Shown: positions 42,059-51,175 of the stretch, piece after piece | Layout of the letters: each line of letters starts with the position of its first letter | Numbering within the stretch: position 1 is the stretch's first letter | DNA from: a virus | Taxonomy: Duplodnaviria; Caudoviricetes | IMG/VR virus record: IMGVR_UViG_3300013308_000019 | Location: 1 to 64,000 of that record | Reading direction: 5' to 3' (one strand) | Length of the DNA stretch: 64,000 nucleotides | The notes under the pieces: model-generated | Database searches by the model: none | Told to the model about the DNA's origin: nothing | What the model saw: the letters and a program-made list of their open reading frames with translations, nothing else | Position numbers and translations under genes: made by a program

Positions 42059-42322
42059 ATGGAAATCTATGAAAACCCCCCGAAGCCCGGAGACGAGGTC
42101 ACACTGCTGGCCTACGTCAACACCGCCATCAACGACTTCGAACTCTCCCCCGGTGATACGGGCACCATCAGCCGTATCGATGGAGACGACATCTTCGTAG
42201 ACGTTGTCTATTCCAACGCACACCCCAACTCTCCGTACGGCGGAGAGCATGAGGACTGGTTCACCGTACCGTACGACGAGGCCGACGAGTACTTCGCAGG
42301 CATCATCCGTATCGAGGAATAG
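42059..42322 (+). CDS. SH3-like protein
   Basis: KPGDEV...GDTGTI. Confidence 0.65.
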   Translation: MEIYENPPKPGDEVTLLAYVNTAINDFELSPGDTGTISRIDGDDIFVDVVYSNAHPNSPYGGEHEDWFTVPYDEADEYFAGIIRIEE

Positions 42323-42350
42323 TTACAAAAACCGCTTAGAAAGGATCAAC

Positions 42351-42734
42351 ATGTTTAACCGAGGCGACCGTGTTACTCACATCAATCACGGATACGGCCA
42401 GATCATCAAGGTCGTGTCCGACACCGAGGTAGAGTGCTTCTTCAAGAACGGTATGGTGGACGGTGGCAGGGGTAAGCTATGGGCCACCGTACCGAAGTCC
42501 TTCCTCAAACCGATGCCGAAGCCCGAGACGGCCCTGTCAAAGATGGTGGAGAAGCTTGACAACAAGCGTCCGGGTACCAGCGGCTATGTCACGTACCGTG
42601 ACGAGATCGTGGACATCCTGTCCGAGCTTTCCAAGCTTGTACCGGCCAACGTCTTTCTGGAGAAGTCACCGTTTGAGAACGAGGTGCAGGTTACCATTAA
42701 GGTTTCCTTCACTCTGGAACGGGACCTGCTGTGA
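42351..42734 (+). CDS. SH3-like protein
   Basis: FNRGDRVTH..HGYG. Confidence 0.65.
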   Translation: MFNRGDRVTHINHGYGQIIKVVSDTEVECFFKNGMVDGGRGKLWATVPKSFLKPMPKPETALSKMVEKLDNKRPGTSGYVTYRDEIVDILSELSKLVPANVFLEKSPFENEVQVTIKVSFTLERDLL

Positions 42735-42922
42735 TCACCTACACCATCGGAGACACCGTGTTCCTGACCTTCATGCGGGTACCGGGAACCGTCCTGAAGG
42801 TGGCCGACTACGGTCCCGAGGCCTACGGCTACATCGTGGAAATCGCTGACGGACACGGTACCGACCTCTTCCGTCTGGATGAAGTCGAGGACTACGACGC
42901 CGATCTGTGGGAAGGCGAGTAG
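42731..42922 (+). CDS. SH3-like mini-protein; module shared with the C-terminus of 45378..45878
   Basis: G.TVFLT..R.PG.V...E.YDA..WE. Confidence 0.65.
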   Translation: MITYTIGDTVFLTFMRVPGTVLKVADYGPEAYGYIVEIADGHGTDLFRLDEVEDYDADLWEGE

Positions 42923-43017
42923 TTACAAAAACCATTTAGCCCGACCGCTTGACAATACCGCTGGCATAGTGTAGATTCCTCTCATCAAAGTAAGCCAACC
43001 GATGAAAGGATTTCAAA

Positions 43018-43449
43018 ATGTCAACTCAATTCCAACCCGCCCCGCCGATGCCGACACACCAACCCCAGCAACCGAAGCCCAAACGCGGTTGGCTTGCACC
43101 GGTACTCGTTGCCGTAGCCCTGATCTTCGGATTCGGGGTGGGAGCAATCAAACCGACACCGGAACCGGTCACCATCACCAGAGAGGTACCGGTCGATAAG
43201 ATCGTCACCAAGGAGGTACCTGTCACACCTCAGGCATGCATCACAGCCCTTGAAGGTGCGGGAGAGATTATTGACCTCTCCGGAAAAACGATTGGCGTCA
43301 TCTCCGACAACGTGTCTGCGGCGGCTAAGCTGGACGTTTCCGCCCTCAGGGCCAACAACGAGAAGGTAGAGGCCAACACGGAGAAGCTGAAGGGGATCAC
43401 TCCCGGATACGTCGCGGCCCGAGAGGAATGCCAAGCCAGTGCCGAGTAA
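43018..43449 (+). CDS. Membrane-anchored protein
   Basis: TM segment; VTKEVPVTPQAC...EEC. Confidence 0.7.
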   Translation: MSTQFQPAPPMPTHQPQQPKPKRGWLAPVLVAVALIFGFGVGAIKPTPEPVTITREVPVDKIVTKEVPVTPQACITALEGAGEIIDLSGKTIGVISDNVSAAAKLDVSALRANNEKVEANTEKLKGITPGYVAAREECQASAE

Positions 43450-43511
43450 GTTACAAAAAACGCATAGCGGTTACGGTTGACGCCGTGGCCGCTTTTGTGT
43501 ATATTAGGGGT

Positions 43512-43904
43512 ATGGACATCAAGACAACAGCACCGTGGATCAATCCCGACGACGAGTTCACCGACGCACTAGGTCACCGCCACAAGGCGCTACGGATCGA
43601 CCGAGTCGAACGAGCGGACGGATACTACGTCTACGTGGAGGGCCAAGGCTACCCCGAGTTCTACCTGCGGGACCATGCGGTCACCATCCACGTACCCGAC
43701 CGTAAGTTCAAACCGGGCGAGTTCGTCACCGCACGGAACGGTAAGGGTGACTGTTACCAGATCGACCGTGTCTTCACCGACCGGTGGGGCAAGACCTACT
43801 ACGTGTTCAACAACGGTGCGGTGGATATCCGCAAGCGGAACCGCTCCGGTTGGCACGAGGCCGACCGTGCCGACCGAGGTTACAAAAAACTCTCAGATCA
43901 CTGA
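43512..43904 (+). CDS. Hypothetical cassette protein (leaderless)
   Basis: TTGACG-17-TATATT-6-ATG. Confidence 0.7.
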   Translation: MDIKTTAPWINPDDEFTDALGHRHKALRIDRVERADGYYVYVEGQGYPEFYLRDHAVTIHVPDRKFKPGEFVTARNGKGDCYQIDRVFTDRWGKTYYVFNNGAVDIRKRNRSGWHEADRADRGYKKLSDH

Positions 43905-43964
43905 CTTGCACCGACCGCACCGATGCGGTAAGCTTATTTCATCAGCCAAACAACAGGAGGAATC

Positions 43965-44234
43965 ATGAAGCTTCGTTACACCGAACACCGGACCACCGTC
44001 ACCCAAGACCACGTCGAGGCCAGCGAGGACTTCACCGGGCCGATGGGGTTCCGGGATGTCATGCAAAAGGAGATCGCTATCTGCAAGGACTACGGGTCCT
44101 ACGAGGCGGCTGAGAAGCTGGCCGAGTGGGGCAACTTCCTCACCGAACACGAAGAGGTACAGGTGGGCGAGAAGATGGTCCATCACTACGGCACCGGCCT
44201 TGATCCCGTAGGAACGTGGGAGATCATCGCGTAG
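43965..44234 (+). CDS. Hypothetical cassette protein
   Basis: AGGAGG RBS; stop abuts motif. Confidence 0.75.
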   Translation: MKLRYTEHRTTVTQDHVEASEDFTGPMGFRDVMQKEIAICKDYGSYEAAEKLAEWGNFLTEHEEVQVGEKMVHHYGTGLDPVGTWEIIA

Positions 44235-44425
44235 CTACAAAAAACGCTTACCGCATCCGAGTTGCACACCGCGTCCGGATGCGGTAAGCTTTGAATATGG
44301 AAACCACAGAGAACTGCTCCGTATGCGGAGCCGAGACATACACCACCGGAGAGGTCAAGACCTTCCGAGTGTGCGAGGATAACCCGACGCACGTCTTCTA
44401 CTCTCACAACTGAAAGGTTCACATC

Positions 44426-44710
44426 ATGTCAAACACCACACCGCAGGAAATGGTCGAAGCGTACGAAGCAATCTCCGAGTCTGACAACCGGGTCAACGTG
44501 GGTCGCGCCGATGCGATCTACCACGTCGGCAAGCTCATGACTGACGAGTGGACACCGGAGTTCGTCTCCGATGTTCAGGCAGGAATCGTGGACACCGGCC
44601 AGTTCGACTACGATCCGCACTACCACTACGGCTACCTCACCGCGTGGAACGCCATGGCCGGTCTACTCAAGGGCGAACCGCTCAAGTCCATCGCCAAGGA
44701 GAACGGCTAG
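44426..44710 (+). CDS. Hypothetical cassette protein
   Basis: RBS and ORF. Confidence 0.7.
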   Translation: MSNTTPQEMVEAYEAISESDNRVNVGRADAIYHVGKLMTDEWTPEFVSDVQAGIVDTGQFDYDPHYHYGYLTAWNAMAGLLKGEPLKSIAKENG

Positions 44711-44712
44711 TC

Positions 44713-44895
44713 ATGGTCAAGGTCTTTCACTCTGAGGACGAGGCCCTACAGGGCTACAACGGCAAGCGTGTGACCATCCTCCGCAGGTGGCAGGAGGTCT
44801 GCAACGGGTTCGTGTCGCACGTTGTAGAGGTCCGATTCGAGGACGGCACGGTGCTTACCTGCTGGCCGTCCGAGGTAGTTACAAAAACCGCTTAG
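44713..44895 (+). CDS. Small protein ending VTKTA (array motif)
   Basis: ORF reads through the motif. Confidence 0.6.
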   Translation: MVKVFHSEDEALQGYNGKRVTILRRWQEVCNGFVSHVVEVRFEDGTVLTCWPSEVVTKTA

Positions 44896-44966
44896 CTGCG
44901 CAGCTTGCATCGGCTGCGCTGCTGCGGTAAGCTGGTAACACAAGCCAACCACGAAGGAGAAACAAA

Positions 44967-45284
44967 ATGGCAAATCTCAAGTTCACCCCCCAGTCCCACG
45001 AAGACGCTGCTAAGGCTCTCGGATTCCGCGACAGCCTCGTGATCGGCCACAACACCGAACTCCGCCGTCTAGGGGACGGCTCCATCGTCGCCACGTACCA
45101 CGGCAACAGCATCGTACGGTACACCACCGAAGGCGTGTTCGCTACGTACGCCGGATGGGCCACGTCCACCACCACGAACCGCCTCAACCAGCTTGCACCG
45201 GCCCGGTTCAACATCAAGAACCGTCAGCCCCAGATCAACGGCAAGACGCTGGAAGACTGGTCCGAATGGGTGAAGGTCAGCTAG
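44967..45284 (+). CDS. Conserved phage hypothetical protein
   Basis: HNT...YHGN.IV...GW.T.TT.NRLN. Confidence 0.75.
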   Translation: MANLKFTPQSHEDAAKALGFRDSLVIGHNTELRRLGDGSIVATYHGNSIVRYTTEGVFATYAGWATSTTTNRLNQLAPARFNIKNRQPQINGKTLEDWSEWVKVS

Positions 45285-45377
45285 TTACAAAAAACGCTTT
45301 GCCCGTTGGACTTGCATGGATGCGGTCCAGCGGGTAGAGTTGTTTTATCAGCTACCGATGAACCGAAAGGGAATCCA

Positions 45378-45878
45378 ATGAACTCCATCGCCACCCTCCA
45401 CAACCACTTCGACATTCAGGTTGACTCGAACCACACGTGGGACGAACCGAACCGCACGGTCCAGATCGAGGTGTTCCCGCTGGGCATCACCGCCGAGGGT
45501 CTGAACGAGACCGATGGGATAACGACGCTGGCCTTTGTGGAAATCCCGAACGGTACCGACGTCTGCGAGGACATGTGGTACGACTCCACCGACACCGAGG
45601 CTCTCGCCAAGCTCCCGCAGACATGGCAGGATGCCGTGCGGTCTGCCGTGGAGACTGCGAAGGAGACGCAGGGTCCGCTCGGGCCGATGCGGTACGCATA
45701 CGGCCAGACCGTCTTCCTGACCGAACACCGCTTCCCCGGTGACGTGGAGGACTTCACCACCGATGGCCGGTACGTTGTGGAGATGGCCAACAGCGGCATC
45801 CGCGACGTGTTTACCGAGGCCGAGATGGAGCCGTACGACGCCAACCGCTGGGAGGACGGCGAGGACTGGAACGCCTAG
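45378..45878 (+). CDS. Two-module cassette protein
   Basis: C-terminus paralogous to 42731..42922. Confidence 0.7.
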   Translation: MNSIATLHNHFDIQVDSNHTWDEPNRTVQIEVFPLGITAEGLNETDGITTLAFVEIPNGTDVCEDMWYDSTDTEALAKLPQTWQDAVRSAVETAKETQGPLGPMRYAYGQTVFLTEHRFPGDVEDFTTDGRYVVEMANSGIRDVFTEAEMEPYDANRWEDGEDWNA

Positions 45879-45965
45879 TTACAAAAAACGCTTACCGTGT
45901 CGAGTTGCCAACCGTGACTCGATGCGGTAAGCTTGTTTTATCAAGCCAACCGAAAGGGGAACACA

Positions 45966-46280
45966 ATGGAAATCACCAAGGCCAAGTTCATGGAAGCCGT
46001 CTCCCACACCGAGGAAAACCACGACGACATCCGACTCCGGGAGGGCTACTCCGGTCGCGGGATGTACGGCGAGACCTGCTACGGCGTCGTCGGTGACGAG
46101 ACCGCTCTGGCCGAGTTCGAAACCGCTCTCGCCCTGCTTACCGTGATGGATGACCTCGATGATGAGGTGAACGGCTACACCGCCCTCAACGCCTTGACCG
46201 ACGTGCAGGACATGCGCCGTGAGGACTCGATGGGGCTGGACCGCATCTACTACTACCCGAGCCTGACGGTCACCGAGTAG
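45966..46280 (+). CDS. Conserved phage hypothetical protein
   Basis: YSGRGMYGETCYG...DSMG...YYYP. Confidence 0.75.
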   Translation: MEITKAKFMEAVSHTEENHDDIRLREGYSGRGMYGETCYGVVGDETALAEFETALALLTVMDDLDDEVNGYTALNALTDVQDMRREDSMGLDRIYYYPSLTVTE

Positions 46281-46523
46281 TTACAAGAAACGCTACGGCA
46301 TCACATTTGACACAACGGATGCGGTGCCGTAAGCTTGTTCTATCAGGCCAACCGAAAGGAACACAATGTCAACCGATACCGAGTCACCGTTCACCGTGGT
46401 AGGTGCCGCCGAGTATGATGCGGCTACGGATACCCTCACACCGTTGGAGGAACCGAACCGTTGGGAGTCTGCCGGTAAGCTCACCGCGCCCGAGGGCTAC
46501 CGCCGAGAGTACCGTGATGCGCT

Positions 46524-46847
46524 GTGAACGAGAAAAAACGGGAGAAGTTCTGGAACGGTGCGACGGAGTACACCGGAGGGATACCGAACTACCGGTTCCA
46601 TGACGAGTGGTACTACCTTGTCACCGATACGGCTTACCGTGTCGTGGACGTATACTCTCTGGATCAGGCGCTGTACCTGTTCCACAAGATTGTAGAGGAT
46701 GAAATGTGTGCGGTCTACCTCTACCGTGGCCGGGACCATATGGCGACGTACAACGGCGGACAGTCAGAACCGGAGTGCGAAATCTACTACTCCGTTACAA
46801 AAAGCGCATTGCCGGAATGGCTTGCGGCGCTCTCCAAGATACAGTAG
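46524..46847 (+). CDS. Hypothetical cassette protein
   Basis: ORF containing a motif copy. Confidence 0.55.
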   Translation: MNEKKREKFWNGATEYTGGIPNYRFHDEWYYLVTDTAYRVVDVYSLDQALYLFHKIVEDEMCAVYLYRGRDHMATYNGGQSEPECEIYYSVTKSALPEWLAALSKIQ

Positions 46848-46856
46848 GATGTAGGC

Positions 46857-47063
46857 ATGAGGACATTCAGCTTCACCACATACCGTCAGGACGATGCGGG
46901 TTACATCTACCGGATCACCGAGACAATCTCGGAGGCCGTATTCCGAGACGGTGGGTACGTGCCGCAACGTGTGCTATCCACCGTAGAGTCCGAGGTCCGG
47001 GATGTTGACACCGACTACCCTGATGCCTTAGACTATCTACAAGAGGTCAACCAACAGTACTAG
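46857..47063 (+). CDS. Hypothetical protein (leaderless)
   Basis: TTGCGG-17-TAGGAT-6-ATG. Confidence 0.65.
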   Translation: MRTFSFTTYRQDDAGYIYRITETISEAVFRDGGYVPQRVLSTVESEVRDVDTDYPDALDYLQEVNQQY

Positions 47064-47074
47064 AAGGGAACATC

Positions 47075-47392
47075 ATGGCACCGAAGAGGACTCAACTGGA
47101 GTGGACCGAACTGGCCGTCAAGGGTCTGGAGACCAAGGCAAAAGAGGCCGGGTTGCTGGGCGCAGACGAGCGGCTTGTCTACACCGCACCAGACAAGAAG
47201 AACGGCGTTACGGCTAGCATTGTGGCTTATGACAGCCACGGTGTTGTGGCCCGTCCGCTGTACTGGATCGCGGAACCGTTGCCGGGAGACACCAACCGGA
47301 CGGTCGAACGTATCGTCAATGCGCAGGAGCGTATGCTCTACGCCACGCTTCTTCAGTCCAGTTTCGTCAAGGCAATCGACGCTCAGGACTAG
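47075..47392 (+). CDS. Hypothetical cassette protein
   Basis: Stop abuts motif. Confidence 0.7.
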   Translation: MAPKRTQLEWTELAVKGLETKAKEAGLLGADERLVYTAPDKKNGVTASIVAYDSHGVVARPLYWIAEPLPGDTNRTVERIVNAQERMLYATLLQSSFVKAIDAQD

Positions 47393-47476
47393 TTACAAAA
47401 GACGCTTAGCATCCATCTTGCATCTGATGCGGATGGGTGCTAAGCTGTAGGTATCGGCCAAACGAAAGGGAAGACA

Positions 47477-47680
47477 ATGGCAAAGTTCACGGAAGCACCG
47501 GCAGACACCCCGTTCAACCGGCGACTGGCGGAGGGTCATCTGAACCGGACAGGCCACAAAATGAATCTGGTGCAGGTCAGCGACGACGGCATCTTGTGGA
47601 CCAACGTACGGTTGTGTTGCGGCGAAACCATACCGGAGACCGTGGACACGTGGCAGGAGAAACCTACTCCATCGTGGTAG
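47477..47680 (+). CDS. Hypothetical cassette protein
   Basis: Own promoter and RBS; stop abuts motif. Confidence 0.7.
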   Translation: MAKFTEAPADTPFNRRLAEGHLNRTGHKMNLVQVSDDGILWTNVRLCCGETIPETVDTWQEKPTPSW

Positions 47681-47765
47681 TTACAAAACACGCTTAGCGT
47701 CCGGACTTGCGAGTTCGGACTCTATGCGGTAAGCTTGAGTTATCAGCCAATCGAAAGGGAAGACC

Positions 47766-47981
47766 ATGAAGCAATTTCGGCTTTTGACAGTGACCAGCGT
47801 AGACCGCAAGAAATTGATCTCCGTTCCCATCGGACAGATCACACTCATCGGGTACGGGCAATACACCGGTACGGGTCGGTTGATCCTTACCAGCGGTGGG
47901 CACGTGGACACCGTCGAACCGTACGAGGATTTGGTCTCCCTGTACGAGGAACTGGCGGAGTACGAGGGACCGAACCGGTAG
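47766..47981 (+). CDS. FlbD-like small beta protein
   Basis: ISVP..QI..I...LILTSG..V.T.E.YEDLV. Confidence 0.55.
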   Translation: MKQFRLLTVTSVDRKKLISVPIGQITLIGYGQYTGTGRLILTSGGHVDTVEPYEDLVSLYEELAEYEGPNR

Positions 47982-48042
47982 TTACAAAACACGCATAGCG
48001 GCCCTAGTTGACACTGGGGCCGCAGGTGTGTATACTAGAAGT

Positions 48043-48124
48043 AGATGGTAAGCCATTGATATCGGCCCTGTAGCGGGGTCGGGGGAAAGAGCCATCCTAA
48101 ACGCGTTTCGGCCTTTTATTTTTT
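48043..48124 (+). ncRNA. Candidate small RNA, family 2, copy 1
   Basis: TTGACA-17-TATACT promoter, no credible protein ORF, hairpins, U-tract; paralog at 50357..50428. Confidence 0.55.
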
Positions 48125-48170
48125 GGGTCCTCTGGTTTCCCTGCCCCGCGTCTTTGCGGCTCCGCTTCAT
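48125..48170 (-). ncRNA. Candidate small RNA/minigene, family 1, copy A (core)
   Basis: ATGAAGC...GCAGGGAAACCAGAGGACCC. Confidence 0.5.
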
Positions 48171-48325
48171 AGCTTCATTCTTTCACAATTTCGATGCGGA
48201 TGCAAGTCTACAAGAAACGCGTTACAAGAAACGCATTGCGGTTAGAGTTTGCATCCGGTGGCCGTATGCCGTAGAGTAGAGCTATCGGGAACGACCGGTT
48301 CCCCCGAAGCCTTGGAGGTCTCATC

Positions 48326-48949
48326 ATGGGCGCACCCCGTATCGGTAACGTGCTGGACGTTCCGACTAAGCGTGTATATGCCGCTAACCCTAACTCGGCC
48401 CGTATCGTGGACGTGTGGCGGCAGGCTACCGTTTCCGAATTGGTAGAGGGTATGGAGTGGTACCGTGACGCTCACGCGCTCGCCGTGGAACTCTCCCCTA
48501 CTGATCCGGCGCAGGCCGCTGGCGTTATCGCCGCGCTGTCTCCCCTTATGTCATGGGGTCAGAATGTGGTGCTGGCAGTCCGCGCATATGCGGACGGTAA
48601 AGCATCCGGTGCACTCTTTAGCAACGTTGCTAAAGCCAACCGTATCCTCGCCGGTGAGCGTCCGGAGGATGTACTGGGCGGCGATAAAGTACGGGCGTTC
48701 TACGGTGCTATTGCTGATCCGGCATCGGATGCGGTTGTCGTTGACCGGCACGCGTTCGACATTGCCGTTGGCCGCGTGACTAACAACGAGTCGCGGCAGG
48801 CACTGGGCCGTAAGGGTGTGTACGATTCGTTCGCACGGGCCTACGTACGGGCCGCTAAGGCCATTTCAGCAGAGACTGGCATGGATGTATCGGCCAGTCA
48901 GGTACAGGCCGTTACGTGGACGGTATGGCGTAGGCTCAAGGGTCTGTAG
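48326..48949 (+). CDS. Conserved phage protein, HhH-GPD DNA-glycosylase-like
   Basis: WY..A...IAALSP..SW..N...G.KVRAFY...VVVDRHA...QAVTW. Confidence 0.55.
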   Translation: MGAPRIGNVLDVPTKRVYAANPNSARIVDVWRQATVSELVEGMEWYRDAHALAVELSPTDPAQAAGVIAALSPLMSWGQNVVLAVRAYADGKASGALFSNVAKANRILAGERPEDVLGGDKVRAFYGAIADPASDAVVVDRHAFDIAVGRVTNNESRQALGRKGVYDSFARAYVRAAKAISAETGMDVSASQVQAVTWTVWRRLKGL

Positions 48950-49044
48950 TTACAAGAAACGCATAGGCGGCAGGACTAGACACCCTGCCGCTTATGCCAT
49001 AGACTTTATTCATCGGAACAATCCGAACCACTTAGGAGGCCAAC

Positions 49045-49404
49045 ATGGCAAGCATCGCAGAAACTCTTCTTACCCGCACGGCACGCGACGGCGGCGTTAC
49101 TGTCTCACTCGTTAGCGGCGACGTGGCCGCGCACACGTCGGGGTTCTACGTCGGCGGACGCGTCAAGGAAACCATCGTTTCCGACCCGTCAAGCATCGGG
49201 GACTACCTGACTGCCGTCTCCACCATCACCCGCCGTGCCGGTGGCGTAGGCTACGTGGGAGCGTGGAAGAACCACGAGACCGGTCTGGTCCACGTGGATG
49301 CATCGGATCACGTGGAGGACTTCGGGACCGCCGTACGGATCGCGCAGGAACGCGGCGAACTGGCGATTTGGGAGATCGCGGGCGGAACTGAATTCCGCCT
49401 CTAG
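49045..49404 (+). CDS. Conserved phage protein; paralog of 58435..58869
   Basis: GG.T..L...HT.GFYVGG...G.W...G.V..DAS...ELAIW. Confidence 0.7.
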   Translation: MASIAETLLTRTARDGGVTVSLVSGDVAAHTSGFYVGGRVKETIVSDPSSIGDYLTAVSTITRRAGGVGYVGAWKNHETGLVHVDASDHVEDFGTAVRIAQERGELAIWEIAGGTEFRL

Positions 49405-49493
49405 TTACAAAAACCGCATAGCGTCTAGGACTTGCGTCTTAGGCGCTATGCGGGTAAGCTAGTCATATCAGCCAAACCAAACAGGAGGACAAA

Positions 49494-49787
49494 ATGCCGC
49501 TCATGTCAGTCAAGCTCAAGAATCGCATTCTCAAGGCCGACCCCACGTTGGAGGTCCACCTGCGGAACATCCGGGTCAATGCGGACCCTCGCGGATGCTC
49601 TGGATTCATCGTCAACCCTGCCAATGGCAAGGTCGTGTACGTAGACACTGAGGAAAGTGTCTACGGGCCGCTACGGGGCAAGATTCTGTACCGGACGGCG
49701 GAACACACCAAGGACTTTACCGGTGGCGTCAACCGGTGGGCAACGGATGAAACGCTCGTTGCGGACGTGCTGCAACTGCTCAAGTAG
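49494..49787 (+). CDS. Conserved phage hypothetical protein
   Basis: RGCSGFI...VYV.TE...YRTA...KDFTGG.N. Confidence 0.75.
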   Translation: MPLMSVKLKNRILKADPTLEVHLRNIRVNADPRGCSGFIVNPANGKVVYVDTEESVYGPLRGKILYRTAEHTKDFTGGVNRWATDETLVADVLQLLK

Positions 49788-49872
49788 TTACAAAAAACGC
49801 TTACGGGATGGGACTTGCACAATGCGGTCCCATCCCCTAGAATTGAAGTATCAGCCAAACAGGAGGAACAAA

Positions 49873-50001
49873 ATGGATCGCGAAACTCGGGCCGAAATCA
49901 TCTGCAACCTTGCAGGCAAGGACCCCAACAACGAGGCCGACTGGGCGGAGGCTTTGAAAGAAGCTGACCAGCAGATCGCAGACGGGTTTGAATACCAGTA
50001 G
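49873..50001 (+). CDS. Small cassette protein (42 aa)
   Basis: AGGAGG RBS; stop abuts motif. Confidence 0.65.
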   Translation: MDRETRAEIICNLAGKDPNNEADWAEALKEADQQIADGFEYQ

Positions 50002-50092
50002 TTACAAAAAACGCTTAGCGGATGGGGTTGCATCTAGCGGCCCCATCCGGTAGACTCTTACTATCAGCCAAACAACGGGAGAGGAACCCAAA

Positions 50093-50302
50093 ATGGACTG
50101 GATCACTGTAACACCGGCTTACGGACGCGACTACCGCAACAAGACGGAGGCGCTCGCAGACTGGGATGCGGACAAGGACTTTCGGGAGACGGCGTCCAGC
50201 AAGTACATCAACAAGTCGCAGGCCGAACGGATGGGACTCAAGGTCATCATCCGGTACGGGAAGGGCATGAAGAATCTGGACACCACGGCGAAACGCCGGT
50301 AG
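50093..50302 (+). CDS. Conserved phage hypothetical protein
   Basis: PAYGRDY...ADW...KDF...YINK. Confidence 0.75.
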   Translation: MDWITVTPAYGRDYRNKTEALADWDADKDFRETASSKYINKSQAERMGLKVIIRYGKGMKNLDTTAKRR

Positions 50303-50311
50303 AACTTACAA

Positions 50312-50346
50312 GAAACGCTTAGCCGAAAGGCTAGGCGTTTTTTGTT
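50312..50346 (+). terminator. Intrinsic terminator built onto a motif copy
   Basis: AAACGCTTAGCC-GAAA-GGCTAGGCGTTT followed by a T-tract. Confidence 0.75.
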
Positions 50347-50356
50347 GTTGCGGCCT

Positions 50357-50428
50357 AAAAAATAAGGCCAGACTCGGCCTTCCCCGCCACCCGTCTCAGG
50401 GCGGCTATCATGTTCGCCTTGCGGCTAT
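50357..50428 (-). ncRNA. Candidate small RNA, family 2, copy 2
   Basis: TTGCAT-17-TAAGCT promoter on the minus strand; TGATA-hairpin-GGGGAAG; terminator and U-tract. Confidence 0.55.
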
Positions 50429-50545
50429 AAAATAAGCTTACCACCTTGCGGATGCAGATGCAAGTCTACAAGAAACGCATTGGGACTTGCGGATGCGCTC
50501 GCATGCGTGTACGTTTAGGGTAACGGATCAACGAAAGGGAAGATC

Positions 50546-50827
50546 ATGTCGGACTACACGAAGTTCCAGATGTACAGCTACGGGACGCACAACCTTGTGG
50601 AGACGTGGCAGACCTACGGACACAACGCGGCCATTCTGGCGGACGTGGAGTATCGGGACGGTATGTGCACCGTGACTGTGTACGACCCCACAACATCCCG
50701 TTGCCGTACGTACGACAACCGGCCTACCGTGGCCGCTCTCGGTATCGTAGAGCGTCACCTAGAGCGCATGGGTTACAAAAACTGCGTAGAGGTTCGGGAC
50801 TTGACGGCTGAGACCTCGGAGGACTAA
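50546..50827 (+). CDS. Hypothetical cassette protein
   Basis: RBS and ORF. Confidence 0.65.
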   Translation: MSDYTKFQMYSYGTHNLVETWQTYGHNAAILADVEYRDGMCTVTVYDPTTSRCRTYDNRPTVAALGIVERHLERMGYKNCVEVRDLTAETSED

Positions 50828-50860
50828 GCTTAGGTATCGGAACAACCTAGGAGGCGGACC

Positions 50861-51175
50861 ATGGCACGCAAACCACGCGCTAGTGAAGTAGCTACAAGAA
50901 ACGCATTCTTGGACTACTTGGAGTCACTGGAGACTCGGGCGACGGAGGACATTTGCGGAGTCTGGTATAACCGTCTGGGAGCCTCTAAGCATGCGGCAGG
51001 GGAATTGTGCCAGTGGGATATGTTCAGCCGCCCATGGCACCTTGTAGCGCGTTACGCGTCTGAAGAGCTTACGGAGTGGTTCGCTCGCAATGGCCGGATG
51101 ACGTTTACCGAGTGGCGCGAATCGGAACGCGAATACCTGCGGGAACAGTTTGACATGTACGCACAGAGCGCGTAA
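50861..51175 (+). CDS. Conserved actinophage hypothetical protein
   Basis: RYASEEL.EWF...GRMTF.EW. Confidence 0.7.
   Translation: MARKPRASEVATRNAFLDYLESLETRATEDICGVWYNRLGASKHAAGELCQWDMFSRPWHLVARYASEELTEWFARNGRMTFTEWRESEREYLREQFDMYAQSA

Noticed and set aside
47982-48170. 62-aa minus-strand ORF as a normal protein gene
   Set aside because: It runs antisense through another promoter-driven unit, and only its first 46 nt are conserved among paralogs.
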